In this document: piece after piece, positions 23,411 through 38,081 of the stretch
Numbering within the stretch: the first letter of the stretch is position 1
Layout of the letters: the number at the start of each line of letters is the position of its first letter
Origin: Leucoraja ocellata
Lineage: Eukaryota
Assembly: GCA_036785375.1 (NCBI GenBank)
Contig: JAWMAR010000023.1
Span: 4,030,001-4,094,000 of the forward strand
Reading direction: 5' to 3'
Length of the DNA stretch: 64,000 bases
The notes under the pieces: model-generated
Database searches by the model: none
What the model saw: only the letters and a program-made list of their open reading frames with translations
What the model was told of the DNA's origin: nothing
Made by a program: the position numbers and the translations under genes

Positions 23411-25730
23411 AAATTTTTCATATCGTAAAATGCAATTGAACAGGCCTAGCCACATTGCTACCCTGGACAAGCTTTGTAATAGTGTAATTAAGTGGGGCAC
23501 TCTCGGCAAGAGGCACTTGTTTGGGTTTTGGTAACGGTTGGGATCAAGTCCCAGTGGCAGTAACTACTGCACAAGGCAACAAGAACCAAGCTCAATAAAA
23601 CATCAAACTTGCTGGCTGAAGCCATTAAGGCACCTGCTCAAGTTTACAATTATCATCTCAATTTACAAATCCCAACTGCTGATTAAGTGAATTCCATTAA
23701 AAAGTTAGAAAAAAAAAAAATTGGCAGACCAATATTGAACCCGAGGTGATGGTTCATTCAAATTCTGATTTTAAACCAAAGCCTAAATTGTAACAAACAA
23801 TCATCAAGAATCAATTCATCCACATTGCACACACTTTGGGTCAATTCTGCAGTTCAGCAGCAGAGTTGGTAAAGGCAAGTTATCAGTTCTGCCTGACCCT
23901 TTATATGGAAAGATGCAAAATGAAGGAGCATCTCACAAAGCATAAAAACTGTCACTCAGGTCACCGAAACTGCAGTCACAAGCTGAATCCCCATCACTAA
24001 TGTACTGTTCAGTGTCCCAAAGTGCAATGCAAAGGCAAGTGCTGGACAAATTTTAACCAAAACTATCACTAGGAAATTGAATGGCAAGTGCAGTGAACCG
24101 ACCCAACTGGCACACAGGTCTACAGAGCAGCTCATTTGCTGTTTGGTGTAGCCATCAAGATGTGCAGGAGTTCGCACTTCAAGATCGATTAGATGTTAAG
24201 GACTTTAGGACAAGGTCAACAAGGACGTCAAAACAAAAACTTGTGCAGAAAGAATACGGATTTGTGAACCCACGTCAACGATGCAGTTATTAATTTAAGG
24301 GCTTATTGTGGAAAAAGATATTTAGCAAAGTCTAGAGCCAAATTTACTTCTGTAGTAACCACATAGTGTACATGACCAAACATTTCTCCCCTTTGTGCTC
24401 GGAGTAAACTGTACCAAAAACACTACCTTGTCACGTAGCAAGCTTTGTACATGGTTCAAGAAAGTCTATTTCAAGTTAGAAAGGCACAGATTTCCAGTGG
24501 CGATCCAGTAAATCACAACATCAAACCAGGATGAAGACCAGTTAAGGCACAAGATAATCAAACGGTTCTTGGCTATTTTATAGAAAAGCTCTCAAGGTAA
24601 ATCAGGCAACTGGCATATCTTAAAAAAACATGGTTGCTAAAACCTAGCACTGCAAATTTAAGGAGTCTTTGAATTTTCCTGTTGAGATTGGAAGGATGGA
24701 TTTTAACTAGACCACACCCATCACTAATTAGTGGTGTAGATCTTCCATTATCCTCTAATCCAGCAATTTGGAGGTACAGCTTGAAATCCGAACAAATCTC
24801 CACGAGATAAGAGTTGGCAAATAGTTCATTCAACCTTTTAAAAGAACCCATCTGGAAAAGGAGAGTTCTAAACTAATAATGCTCAAGTGTCAAATGAAAC
24901 AGGAATAGGGCAAAGGTCTTCATATACAGGCCACTCTGCTTCAATGGAGAGTTATAAAACATCTAGACAAGGAAATACCATTTTGGTGAAGAATCCTCCC
25001 TTTCTACAATAACACAGATGCAGCAGGCAACACTATAATTGGTGGCTAGCTGTGTATTCTGTGCAATCAGACTGAGGTAATCACGTGCACCCCTTGTCCA
25101 GAGTATTCTTCAAGGTTTGAGGTACAGAGAAACCATGTCTCCATTTAGCACTCATGATCCTTTGCTCAATCATTACTCGAGCAGAAGCCAATTCAAATGT
25201 TGGCATGACACAATCTGACTTCATCTAATAACCCTCAACTTGATGAACTGTTTACTCAAATAAAAAATTTGAGTTAGGGCATTACTTGGAAGTGGGGGAG
25301 GGGGGGGGGGAGAAAGAAAAAAAAGTTCAGCAAGACAAATACAGACAATTACGTTGAAGTTTGGCCGTGATCAGGAGTTGATTCTTGAGGTAACTTCAGG
25401 CCAGGATAATGAGGCACTAGATTAAAGCATTAAGACTTGAAGTTGCCCAAAGAAATTTGGTCCCATCCAAGTCCAAGAAGATGGTGCTATTATCAATTAA
25501 CAGATTGAGAAACTATGCCGCTGAAGTTCAGTGTGTGATGGACACGTTTCTGGTGACAAGATCAATACTTAATTTACAACATTCTAAACTCCTGATTATA
25601 CTCAATAATTCCCTCCAATGTTTAATCATGTTAAGCCGAGACAAAAATGAACTATTTTAAAAACAGTAGATGTAGAGCTGAAATCTTAAAGTCCACCTCC
25701 AATTTCCAACAGGCAAGAATTTGGTCAGTC

Positions 25731-27757
25731 TTACGAGGTCTGCCAAACTGCAAAGAAAGCAAAGAATAGATCAGCCACGCGATTACTCACATTGTGGACT
25801 ACAGTGATTGCATGTTTGTTGTGGAAGTTATAACAAAAGGCAGCTTTAACATCAGGAAACCAAGTCACACACGTGACCAATGCGTCACAATCTGGCCACT
25901 TTTGCGGTACAAGTACATAGTAGTCACCAATCTAAACCCAGTAGTTCTTTGCTGGAATGAGACAAGTTTTGCGGGCAGCATTTACTGAGGGTTCCTAAAC
26001 AGCTCCAATTTGACACAAGCTCAGAGGTCACCAGCAAGCGGCTTGGTTAAATGAACCACACCTGCGGCATGGACTGAGAGTCGAGGCGGTAGGAACTTGT
26101 ACATTGGCAAATTTGTCCTGACAGTCTGAGCATCCATCACAAGTACTTTCACCATCTTCTGAATTGAGTTTCCATAAACAGAGGTTATTGGATTAGTACT
26201 CAAGGGGCAGATTAAGAATTGGAGACAGGCGCAGAAGATGGAAAGGAAAGTAAAGCAAGAAGGAATACTCACCAACTATGATAATTATGATGATCAGGAT
26301 GACCGCTATTAAGATTGCCCACATCTGTTGGAATAAAAGCCTGAATATTATATTTCAATGCAGGAAATGCCACTTCTGCAGATGCAGCGATAACAAAAAA
26401 CCATTAATTTTGGATATGCAGCGTTCCAATCTGATGTAGCAAATATCACTCATTCCAACTTTCAGCGGGGGAGCCTTCTTTTCATTACCCAGAGGATGTG
26501 TTTTGACAGCTCCACATCTGCTCATTGCATAAAAAGCCCAGGAAGAATGTGGCCAGCTCACCACAAGAATAACTTATGCCAGCAGTTTAAGGAACTAGAC
26601 TCAATCAAATTGACTCATCTTGAACAGTCACATCAATCAGTCACTTCCAGCCTGCATGTTCAAATGAGACTCAATTGCAAGTCAGGATACTTCCATACAG
26701 AAACATGTGATAAAAAAGTTTACGAAAAGCACTTAAGCAACCGATTTATTTTGTTATAAATATTCCTGATCAGGAACGATGGCTGAAGCTAACGGCCAAG
26801 TAATAAATCATGATCTTACCTTACAGTTCTTCCACCAATATTTGCGTTTTAGTTTTGCAGCACTGGTCTCAAACTGCGACGCCCCTGCTTGCAGTGCATC
26901 AGCCCGGTCATCCAGCTCTGTCAGCTTCTGGTCTCGTTCAAGAACTCTGTCTACATTCACTCTCATGATATCCACAACCTGAAGGTGGCAAAATAGAACG
27001 GAGTGTACAGGAAAAGTCTTGACGATGAATAGGAAGTAAAAGGCGCCTGGAATTTTTTATCTGAACTGTAGCAGAGATGCAAGAGTGTAGTTTAGTTGAG
27101 AGACACAGCAGGGAAACAGGCCCTTTGGTCCACACCAACCAACATTCACCCAAGCACAAGTTCTATCGCGAGGGGGCAATTTACCGAACCATTTAACCTA
27201 CAAACCCACATGTCTTTGGGATTATTTATTATTTATTTTTATGTTACTTGACTGTAAGGAAAATTCATTTTGTTGTCTCTAATATGAGATAATGACAATA
27301 AATTGAATACAATACAATGTGGGAGGAAACCAGAGCACGAGGTCACAGGGAGAATGCGCAAACTCCACAAAGACAGCATGCAAAGTCAGGATCGAACCCG
27401 GGTCTCTGGTGCTGTAAGGCAGCAACTCGACAGCTGCACAGCCTAGTGTGAAGAAAACCCATGAGTTTTTCCTCTGGAATTAGGGGTGGGAGGAGTATGA
27501 AGGCAAGTAGTTAATCAGTCCTTTTGTCAAGTAAAACAGTTATTCAAAAGAAATTTCAGGGTGGAAACAAAGAACTGTTTCTAATGACTGCAAGTAGCCA
27601 AAGGATACTGATTTTGAGTCTCTGGCAAGAATTTGGGGAAAGTGCAGAGATTAAAACCTTCATGGCTTGAAATGTATAACCCGAGAAGGTAAGGGGCTGG
27701 ATTTACTTCAGGGTCTCAAATGTACCCATTAGAAACACCCAGCAGGGCTATCAGCAA

Positions 27758-27790
<33 letters not shown>

Positions 27791-30700
27791 AGAATGAATA
27801 GCTCAAAAACACATGGGCTAATCATTCTGTCCTGTGCAAACCTAATATCAAGCCGAGATAGGTGGGAGGAACTTCAAACTTGTTATTGAAAGTGTGTTCT
27901 ACTGGTCTTGTTGTGAAGGACATGCACCTTGAGTGTCTGGAGAAATACTTCAATAAAGAATAAAGTAGCAACAGAAAATAAAATTAGATGATTGGATTAG
28001 CGTCTGCAGAGCAGATGGTTCTAATGATGTCCAATGTAATTTCTACCTATTATGGGTGTAACTGTAGGTAGAAGTCATTTGGACAGTTTCTGATATAGTC
28101 AATGTCAGAAGATGCAAGGTGAAATCTAGTAACCTAACCCCCCTTTGCTGGAAACTGTATGCATGACTACCAAGTCTCCACAAAATCCTTCAAGTTTGGA
28201 GTTGTAAACAAGCAAGTTTAGAACTAGAACAACTACTCTAAGCAGGCTGAATGCCACAGGCTGCATTAAAAAAAAACCTGAAACAAGTGGACATGGGATA
28301 GCCCTAATTCAGCAGCTGCTGCATGGTGCTTAAATATATGCAATAGATACCAGGTTCCACTGTAGGTCACCACAAGTCCTGTGCAACCTGCAAGTGATTC
28401 TTGACCATCGCAGGTCAACAAGGTCAGCTCCAGGAGCACCAGCAGCCTGGTTCACTTGAAGATGGAAATCAAACCTTTTGTCTAAAACAGCCAAAGGCAG
28501 ATCGACATTAAAGATCTGCTCAATCAAATAAACTGTAGCACGACCCAAATGAATAACTGTTTTAGGTTGCACAAGGGTGATCAGCCTGTATCATTAATGA
28601 CTATGAGAATGTTGAGCAGCCAACATCAAACCAGGTTTCACAAGTTCCCAACATTTATTTATTTCAGGACAAATTTGCACTTTTGAAAGTAAACTTGGTT
28701 TGCAATCACTGAGCATTTCAGGTTTACTAACCAAAGGAGATGACAATCATCTTTGGTTCGTGACTCTTAAGCGTTCATTCATCGTAAGGCAGACTTGATT
28801 TCAAAAGTACAAATTTTGGGGCTCTTCTCTAGCTTGAGTGCTTAGTGGATGAAAATAGTCTTCTGTAGACTTCTATATTCCAACCATTAAACATATCTGT
28901 GCATTGGGACATGGTTCTTACCTCATCCACTTGTGCCTGGGTCTGCTGCAATTTCCTGTTGCTGCCATAGGGTCCTGGAGCAGTTGGCGGAGTGTCTGGG
29001 GGACATGGTGCAGACCTGCAATAGAAGCAACAGCATAGTCCTTCAGATCACAAATGCCTACCATTTTAGCTTCAATGATAAATGTTGAGTTTGGGGGGTC
29101 AAGTTCATTTCTTCTATCGATCTGTTATACTACAGTTAGCCTACAGAGCAATGGCTCAGCAACATTGACCCACACAGGCATACACTCTGCACATTTGTCA
29201 ACATGAAGAAAGGCCACCTACGAAATAATACTGAACTTAGTCCACAAGACATGAACAAGGAATCCAGCGCCTCTAGGTCAGCTGCAGGAGGTTGCCCCCA
29301 GACCACAAGATGGCTGGCCAGAAGAAGAGGGACAACAGTTTGCAGGCCGAGCCGGCCGTGGGCAACGGAGGGGATTGGGAGACGTTCCAGTGGAATGAAC
29401 ACGTGGGAATGCGATAAAATTTCACCACACGGGGAGTCGCCGGTATTATAAGCAAAATGAATTTCTCTGTGTAATGTTTAATTGCATCTGTGACAATAAA
29501 TATCCATGGAGAATGTTAATTTCAACAAGAATGTTTATCTCTGGAATCTGTGCATCACTAGTTACAAGGAACATTAGTTCCATTAAAACAGTATAGAAGT
29601 ACCATAAGGTGCTCCATTTATACAACACTGTAAAGAGTTTGGTCTGGCACACTGAACATTGAGAATTTCAGTTTGAATCGCAGCACCTTGTGGTGACATA
29701 CAGGAAACAATTTCATATGATTGCAATTCAATGTTGCATCACTAGAGGGAGAGGTTATCTGGAGCACGTTCTTCTCAGGTTACGTCAGGGTTCCACACCA
29801 GAGAAATGATCATAAACCGAATGGCCAGAAACACAGCTGCCAGACAATATTTAAATAAAAACAGGCCAACCAGGGGCTGTGTAGCTAAACCAGGGTGTTT
29901 AACTCCAGACTTAGAAGAAAGGAAGAGGCAGAGAGTGGACTGAGGGAGAGCTGAGAAGGGGAGGTGAAAGCAGGGACTACCTGAAATTAGAGAAGTCAAT
30001 GTTCATACCGCTGGGGTGTAAACTGCCCAAACAAAATATGAGGTGCTGCTCCTTCAATTTACGGTGGTCCTCACTCTGGCCATGGAGGAGGCCTTGGACA
30101 GAAAGGTCAGATTCGGAATGGGAGGGGGCGTTGTGCCACCGGGTAGGTTTATCGCATCAGGTAGGTTTATGTGAACCGAGTGGAGGTGTTGGGCGAAGCG
30201 ATCGCCAAGCCTACGTTTGGTCTCACTGATGTAGAGTAGCTGACACCTAGAGCAGCGAATGCAATAGATGAGGTTGGAGTAGTTGCAGGTGAACCTCTGC
30301 CACATCTGGAAAGACTGCTTATGTCCTTGAATGGAGTCAAGGGGGGAGGTAAAGCGACAAGTGTAGCGTTTCCTGCAGTTGCAAGAGAAAGTGCCAGGAG
30401 AGAGGGTGGTTTGGGTGGGATGGGACGATTATTATTAAGTGGATCAAGTGATATGATGCTATAAGCCACTAAAATAAGTGTTATCTTGATTTCAACCTGG
30501 GAGAAAAGCAGTAAGGTCTAAACAGGTAACGAATAAACGTGGCTACGATCCCAGGAAAAATCCCATTCAGACTGCACTGGGATTGTTCAGGGAATTAGTT
30601 TAGTGCCTCAGCTGCAATAATGCTGCATTGAGTATATTCAGTTTAACAGTAGATTTCTCAGCGTACAACAAATATAGAAATCAGTGGGAAGCAGAGGCAT

Positions 30701-33700
30701 CCTAACCTTAAATGGTCCCGACGTCATGGCCACATAGTCCAATTTTTTGGATGCGTGATTTGTGGCTATGATACTGGTTGCCAATACTCCATTACACTCC
30801 AAACATCTTGAACATCTTGCATTGGGGCACTCAAAATGCAATTTTTTAAATGAAGTAGAGCAATAAATACTTAGCAAAATAAACATGCAACTTCTTTGAA
30901 AAATAATGGCTAACATTTAGTTGGTCTACCTTCATATCATTACAGCCATTAAGGCAGAATTTTTTTTTTTTTTTTTTTTTTTTAAAGTAAAGAGTTGCAG
31001 AGCCAGCTATTGAATACCAAGGATCCCCAGACAGTTGACAGCAACAGATGGTCAAAAGGGAAGTGCTTGGCACAGATCACTACACACGAGGAAGTCTGTG
31101 GTAATCATTCACGCTTTGCTGTTAACCACAAACTCTGGGCCACAACTGTTTGTTTTATGCTCCTCTCTCTGTCGGTCTTGAGCACACATACCAGACAATT
31201 AGAAGAGTCACAGGTGGAACATTTCAATAGTTTAATTAGCTATTTCTGTTCCCTAACTCCATGCATTTAGTGCCAAGTAATATCAGCTAGTTTAAGAGAT
31301 CGCTGGCAAACAGACTGAATGCACTTGAGTGGATAGATTGAAGATTGAATGTTAGAAGAAAAAGCCAAGTTCAACCAATGAAGTTCCATTATTAAACCAA
31401 GATGGGACTGAATGAATTTTAACACCAACTTCTCTTATTCAATGTATAGTGATAGAGATTTCACCCATAGCATATTGCTAAGTTAATTTTGAACTAACTT
31501 AAAATGTATTAAAGCTTTGCCTGCAACTTACAGCACAAACAGCACATTTAACCTAACAAGTCTGAGGTGGTATACACAGTGAACTTAACTCCACTGCATC
31601 CATCTCCTCCCATTTCCAGACATACAGCTTTCTGATCCAATCATGCATTCCACTAACGCTTAGCTCAAAACAAATCTAGTCATATATCCACAATTCCTTG
31701 TACTTAACCATTCAACTGAACAAATGTTGCCTCATAATTAACTATAGGTGAATCAGACACCATTGCATTTAGCTGCATCGGGCAAATGTACACAGAATCC
31801 TACCTTTATCAAATATCGTCTCAAGTGCAGACTGAAAAAAATGCCAACATGTCAACCTATGTATTACCTGGTACCCACAGGATTTAATGTGGTGAACACA
31901 CCCACAAAAGGCTTATGACATTTTGAATTAAAAAAAAAACAAATCCTTACCCACAGGGGGAAGAGCTGAGCAGAATAATTTCTTAAGCTACCAGCCTGTG
32001 AGTAAAAACCAGGACAAAAGAGGTCACGTTGATGGGAGACAATAATGAAAAATGAACAATGAGCGTTTGATGGCACTGGTGTTTAGAAGGATGAGGGGAT
32101 ACCTCATTGAAACTAAACAAATAGTGAAAGGCCTGGATAGAGTGGATGTGGAAAGGATGTTTCCACTAGTGGAAGAGTCATGGACCAGAGGTTATTGCCT
32201 CAGAATTGAAAGAAGTTCTTTTAGGAAGGAGATGAGGAGGAATTTATTTAGTCAGAGTGGTAAATCTGTGGAATTCATTGCCACAGGAGGCCGTCAATAG
32301 ATATTTTTACTGCAGAGATAGATTCTTCATTAGTACGGGGGGGGGGGGGGGGGGGGGGGAGAAGGTAGGAGAATGAGGTCAGGAAGGAGAGATAGATCAG
32401 CAATGATTGAATGGCATTGATGGGCCAAATGGCCAAATTCTACTCTATCACTTATGAAAGTGTTTCCCAATTAATGCATCTACACACACATGCTAGTAAC
32501 ACTATTAGTTCAGTGGATAAGTTCATCTTGTCTTCAAATTAATGAAGAGCATACATTAAAGATTGGAGCAGAGAGATGGAAAGTTGCGATTGCTGCTTTT
32601 CAGTGCACACAAATTTAAGCGCATCACATTCGACAAAAAGCTCAGGATTGAATTAACCGGTTAAAAGCTTTAATCAATTTTTATGCAACAACTGTGAGAT
32701 CATTGGAAAAAAGTTATGAAGGGGTTTACTGATGTACACAGTGAAGGAATTGACATTTGTTAGGTTGGAATCCAGAAACAATGAAGCTCCTCATCCGTTT
32801 GCAATGCTGCTTTTGGAGTCAGTCTCCAACATCTCCTGCTCTCACATCTGCATGGACAACAGACCAAGTGAAAGATGTCAAATTATTTACATTAGTTTAA
32901 TATCCAAGGAAGATGCTCAAGTGAAAGACAAATTTAATTTATATGGAGAAAAGGCATGCAAAATCAAACTACACTCTCGTGAATACCTAGAGGCAACAAT
33001 TCCCATCACTATCCTGCAGGTAAAGACCAGCCAGTGTTTACCCAAAGCTCACAGGCCTCTTCAGAGAAATACCATCTCAAAGCAATGTGTAATTGTTGCT
33101 GTCTGTAATCAAGCCTTGTCATTGGGGGACTCATTACTAAAAACAAAGACCAACAGACCAGGAGCTTCTAATTTAAATCATTCAGTGAACTGTGTAGGAA
33201 GGAACTGCAGGCGCTGGTTTACACCGAAGATCGACACAATATGCTGGAGTAACTTAGAGCGGCAAACAGCATATCTGGAGAGAAGGAATGGGTGATGTTT
33301 CAGGCCGAGAACATTCTTCAGTGAATTGAGCAGCAATCTTCCTCCATATGACAGCCAAGATTCGAAGAATGGAGAAAAGTGACAAACTACCATGACACCT
33401 ATGAATGAATAATTCAAACTGGTTTTGTATCTTTTTCCAACTTTGATGTTTCTGAGTGCCTCATAATAAAAGATGAGTGCACTTCAAAATGAAATTAAAT
33501 GCAGAAGATTTACAGGGTATGCTACAATGTGAAAGGCAAGCAGAATAAAATCTCACCCAATGCCTGAATACAGTATGCTGCACTAATGTCTCTGTATTAA
33601 AAAGGAACACACAGCATTAAAAAAAAACAATAAGTTCAAAGTGAGCAAGAGGTACTTCTGCCTGTGTGGGAAAGATTTTCCCAGGCAAGAGAATGCTTCC

Positions 33701-36700
33701 AATGCTTCCTACTCAGCACTTCCTTGCTGGTGAAAGATATAAACCAAACGACTTCTTGTATTTCACTCCCCACCATTGTTCATTTTTCATTCCCCACCAC
33801 AAGCTGTTTATACAAATTGTAGCACAAAGCCCAGGTCTAGCTGAAACTTATTCCAAAACTACCCAAGTGTAAGCAAAAAATTACAATGGCTGACGACTCA
33901 ATGTGAAAACTAGAAGTCATAGATAAAACTGTCCTTAAGATCAGACGGGAAAATCCATATTGTGGTTCCAGCAGGGTGGGGATAGTGGAGGTGGTGGAAG
34001 AAGAAGCGAGATTTTCTTTCAGACAAGTCACCATCATCAGCTTGATTAGATCCCCCATAATACATTGCAAAAGTCAAGAAAACTCTTCCGGTGCTCCAAG
34101 ATCTATTTATGCTTTGCCATAATTACAGAAAAAGATTTATGTTCATATCACATTACTGCAGTTTTTTTGGGGGGAGAATTTGCACATAAATTTGCTTCAT
34201 GTTACTAAGTACCTGATGTGTGACTATCATTGTGAAAGTAGGCGTTCTGAAATCCTGGAGTTGTAAAAGGGCATGAAATTAGAACGCTTTGATGAAAATG
34301 TTTTGTCCCAACCAAAAGAAAATTGTTACAATGCTTACAGTGGTTGAGAGGGCGGGGTGCTTAAATTCCAAAATTAAACTAATACAGGGCTTTGGAATCT
34401 TCCATATTTACATGGTGGAACGCAACGTACAAGCAGCTATGCTATTACATGATAGCATCAGTCCCAAGAAAGCAACATTATAAAAATTCTAGTCCAGACA
34501 ATGATAATTGGATAAGACGATAAGGATTCTGGCAGAAATATACACCAAATAGCTGAGTTGCATCTCAAAATGAGAACTACTAATGGGTCAAAAGACAACT
34601 GGCCTCTCTCTCCCTCTCATACTCTCTATACGCCACCACAAGCAACCCAAGTATTTGGGAATTCTCAACCAATAATTCATCAATTTGTAAATCGATTAGT
34701 CTGTACTCACTGCAGCACTTTGCAATATATTTATAACTGGGGAAGGAAAAATAACCTCAGACAAGCTAGAAACAATTAAAGCTACCGACATACTAACAAT
34801 CAGCCCAAGAGCAAGCCCCCAGTATACAGACTGATGTTGAGATCTAGGGGCTTCAAATCCATTTCGGAAAAACTAACACGTATGCTGTCTTCACAGGAAA
34901 AAACATTTTCCTCAAACTCAGAAGGGCCACAATAATAATCTGAAACAAGCAGTTAGATCATGGAAGTCAGCTGCTCAAGAAACAACAAAGACAACTTTAT
35001 ATAAAACATTCCATGTAAAGTGCTCAGTGTCAAACTGAGGCAGGTTCTCGGGACTAGTGACTAATAGATTGTTCAGGCTCAGTTCTAAAGTTTAGAGCCT
35101 TGACAGCACAAAACCAGCTATACCCTCTTTTTCATCCTTTTTATTCCACTCACTGGCAGTTTTGCTTTCATGTTCTAAAGTTCTCATCTCTAAAACTCGC
35201 AATTCGTCTCATCCCATAACATAATTAAGCAAATATAATTAACTATCCCATCTCCCCTCATCAGTGTCAGGCCTTGCACTGCTTGATGATGCTCTTGTGA
35301 AGCTCTTAACATTGCTGTTTGAGGAAAAAAAAGATTCAAATACTGGGACCAATGAATCAACTAACCACACCCCAATCAACATTGCATGCGCTGACGTCAA
35401 TTCTACACTATTTTACAATCACTCTCTTAGTCCCAGAGGGTGGATGGCATGCAACCCCAGATATTTATTGGATTAAAAAAAAACTAGGTACCACAGTTTC
35501 AATGAACATTTGAAAGGATAAGTTAACAGAGCCTTCTTTTATCGGCACTCCAAGATGTTTTATGCAAGACCTTCAAAAGCCCCGATTAATTTTTTTGGGA
35601 TTTGATTAATTTGATTCAACAAATTCAAATAGAGATAAATAACTATTGGAGAGAAAAAAAAATGGTCAATGACTAAGTATATATTTCACCAAAATGGGAG
35701 AAGGCACAGAGGAATTGAGAGGTGGGAACATAAATTGATTATGACCAGCATGCATACTGCCACATTTGTTTAATGCAATCTTAACATTGGAGCAAATTCT
35801 GGGAAATCCCATGATGATCATTGTAAGTATCAATTGGCACTATCTTTACTTAGCTTCCCAACAACACTATTTAAGAGGATATAAGAGACTGTAGATGCTG
35901 GAATCACAAGCAAAAAAACTACCAGAGGAACTCAGCATCTGTGGAGGGAAATGGGCAGACTGCATTTTGGGCGAGGACTCTTCAAGACTGTCAATTTAAT
36001 TCATGCCCTATAGTCACTGTTCTGAATTATGCTGCCAGATGGCTCAGTTAATAGATGCAAATCACCAACGAGTTGCAAATCAAAATTGACATTAAATATT
36101 CCCTTAGAAAGAGCAATCCAAATCTAAGGAATGCCAATGCCAATCTGAAAATAGTCAAGCCCAGCTGGGAATGTCTAACAAATCAACTCCTCAGAGCTAC
36201 ATGTAATCTAATTTTGATCAACTTTTGACACACGACACAGTTTCACTGGCAAGACCTACAGTCACTGTCCAAGCCCAAATGCCACAAATTGCATTTTGGG
36301 CCAGTTTGGAGACCTATTAATCAACTACCATGCCATTAATTTCAATACAAGCCAAAGTAGGCAATTTTCCTAACTGTTCAACAACAAGGCATATTCACTT
36401 ATGACAATGACAATTAATCTATTGACTTTTTGACAACGTTTTTACACTAATCCGAGTTTTAAATTCTCATTTAATCTGCTGGGATTTGAACTCAACCAAA
36501 TTTAGTACAAAGTTTTGGAAGTAGTGTCAACAACAAACAATATGAAGTATTAGCTTTAAGAATTGGGAAGCACACCTTGACATATCCAACCACTTATTAA
36601 TAAAACCATTCCTTCAAACATGTGGTCAGGAGTCATCACAAAATATAGGAATAGAAAAATGCCACGAGAGCTTTAATCAGATGAATCTGAATTCATATAA

Positions 36701-37385
36701 CATTATTCTCCGACATTTTGCCAACACGGCATTCATTATAGTTTAAATGGGTTTTGCATCAGAGCATTCCTCAATTTGTACACCCCGTCTTGAATAGGTC
36801 AGGTGATTCACTAAATTTCCGAGGAACTTTGCGCTTGGACCAAACCCAAAACAATAAAGAAGAAACACCACAATTTTCCATTAAATAAAAAAAAAGCATG
36901 ATTAGATAACTACTAATCTTTCAGTTTTCAGTAAGGGTTAACACCACTTGTTGCATTTTCATTATCTATGATTGAAAACAGCAGCCAATAAATCTTCTGG
37001 GAAAAGCAAGCTTGATATATTCCAAAATAGTCAGCAACTTTGAATTACGAAAAGTACAATAATGTATCTCTCCCTTCAAAACCAGGCCTCAAGGAAGGCA
37101 ACTTGTTGAACCTCAGAGACACTGACAGCAAAGACTGCAACAAGTTACTGACAAACTCCAGCATTTGGAACAATTTCTCTGCTACCAACTGAAGGTGGGG
37201 AGTTTTTTTTATAAATGAACATTCACTGAGAGAGTGACCGGCGGCCCGGTTCTACAATCCCCCGCCCGCGGCCTTGCCTCAGCACAAGCCTGGGATTGCG
37301 CCGGGGAGTGGGAGAAAGAGATCAATAAAATGTGCGGTACTGGATGGGGGCGAATGCTGAGAGGCCCCGGGGTAAGAACTTACAT
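25731..37385 (-). CDS. vamp3: Vesicle-associated membrane protein 3 (cellubrevin), 5 exons, 107 aa
   Basis: Exons on minus: 37385-37384 (AT then gtaagt, in a CpG island), 29015-28922 (G+[31 protein letters not shown]), 26978-26820 ([53 protein letters not shown]), 26324-26273 ([17 protein letters not shown]+G), 25747-25731 (VWQTS*). KNCK-MWAI and the VW end are VAMP3-type, and the position downstream of camta1 matches tetrapod synteny. Confidence 0.93.
27090..27440 (-). mobile_element. HE1/V-SINE-like SINE
   Basis: Reverse complement of the SINE head and body, in vamp3 intron 2. Confidence 0.8.
29930..30425 (-). mobile_element. Penelope-like element, GIY-YIG endonuclease fragment, in vamp3 intron 1
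   Basis: ORF 30054-30305 reads [37 protein letters not shown], the Penelope GIY-YIG/CCHH signature; decayed. Confidence 0.85.
32060..32457 (+). mobile_element. CR1-like LINE 3' fragment
   Basis: [32 protein letters not shown] peptide. Confidence 0.85.
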
Positions 37386-37770
37386 GTCTTCTCACAAGGA
37401 GCCGTCGACGCAGCGGCCGGGAGTCGGGTGTTGTCCTCAGCGGCTCGGAGACGTCACGGCACCAGCACGGCCTCCACCAAATATACTGGAGCTTTATCCT
37501 GCACTGCCAGCGACCTGTTTGCCCCTCCCTCGGCCTCTGCTCGTCCCCGCCCTCGGCCTCTGCTCGTCCCCGTCCCCTGCTCGTCCCCGCCCTCGGCCTC
37601 TGCTCGTCCCCGCCCCCGCCCTCGGCCTCTGCTCGTCCCCGCCCACGGCCTCTGCTCGTCCCCGCCCACGGCCTCTGCTCGCCCCCGCCCACCTCGGGCC
37701 TAGCCTGTCCTGTCCTGTCCTGCCCTGCTCCTCCCTCTCCCCCCCCCCCCCCCCCCCCCCGCATACTCGG
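37230..37770 (-). promoter_or_regulatory. vamp3 CpG-island promoter / exon 1
   Basis: GC- and CpG-rich island containing the split start codon; CRE-like GACGTCA near 37450; multiple GC boxes. Confidence 0.75.
37527..37690. repeat. 23-bp GC-box minisatellite (~7 units)
   Basis: Repeated CTCGGCCTCTGCTCGTCCCCGCC with small variants. Confidence 0.9.
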
Positions 37771-38081
37771 GTGCTCCTGATCTTTGCTCCAGACAACGTC
37801 CAGCAAGGCAGGGAGGAAATGTTGTCAGAGTTGGAAGGGGAAAGATAAAACATCTGTAGAAATGAGGTAAGACATTGGGATACCTGTGTTTGTGAACATG
37901 TAGTGCTGAGGGGAAAGAGTGGGAGATTTGGGTATTGCTCTTACTGACACAAATACAATCTAATGATCACTACAAACATTCAACAGGTGAGGCAGCATCT
38001 GTAAAAAAAAGAATTAACGTTACACGTCAAAGAATCTTCACCAGAACTTGCTGCTTTATTTCAGATCAACACGGTCTGTAG

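Noticed and set aside
24590-25420. Other phase-compatible acceptors for a vamp3 last exon (DGFF*, DMPVA*, VPHYP...)
   Set aside because: The 25747 acceptor is nearer, has a strong pyrimidine tract and gives the homologous VW ending; no evidence for the others.
27757-27789. Long poly-G/poly-C runs (also ~3744, 13655, 32337, 43843, 58098)
   Set aside because: Scattered homopolymers whose lengths are unreliable in assemblies; no consistent context.
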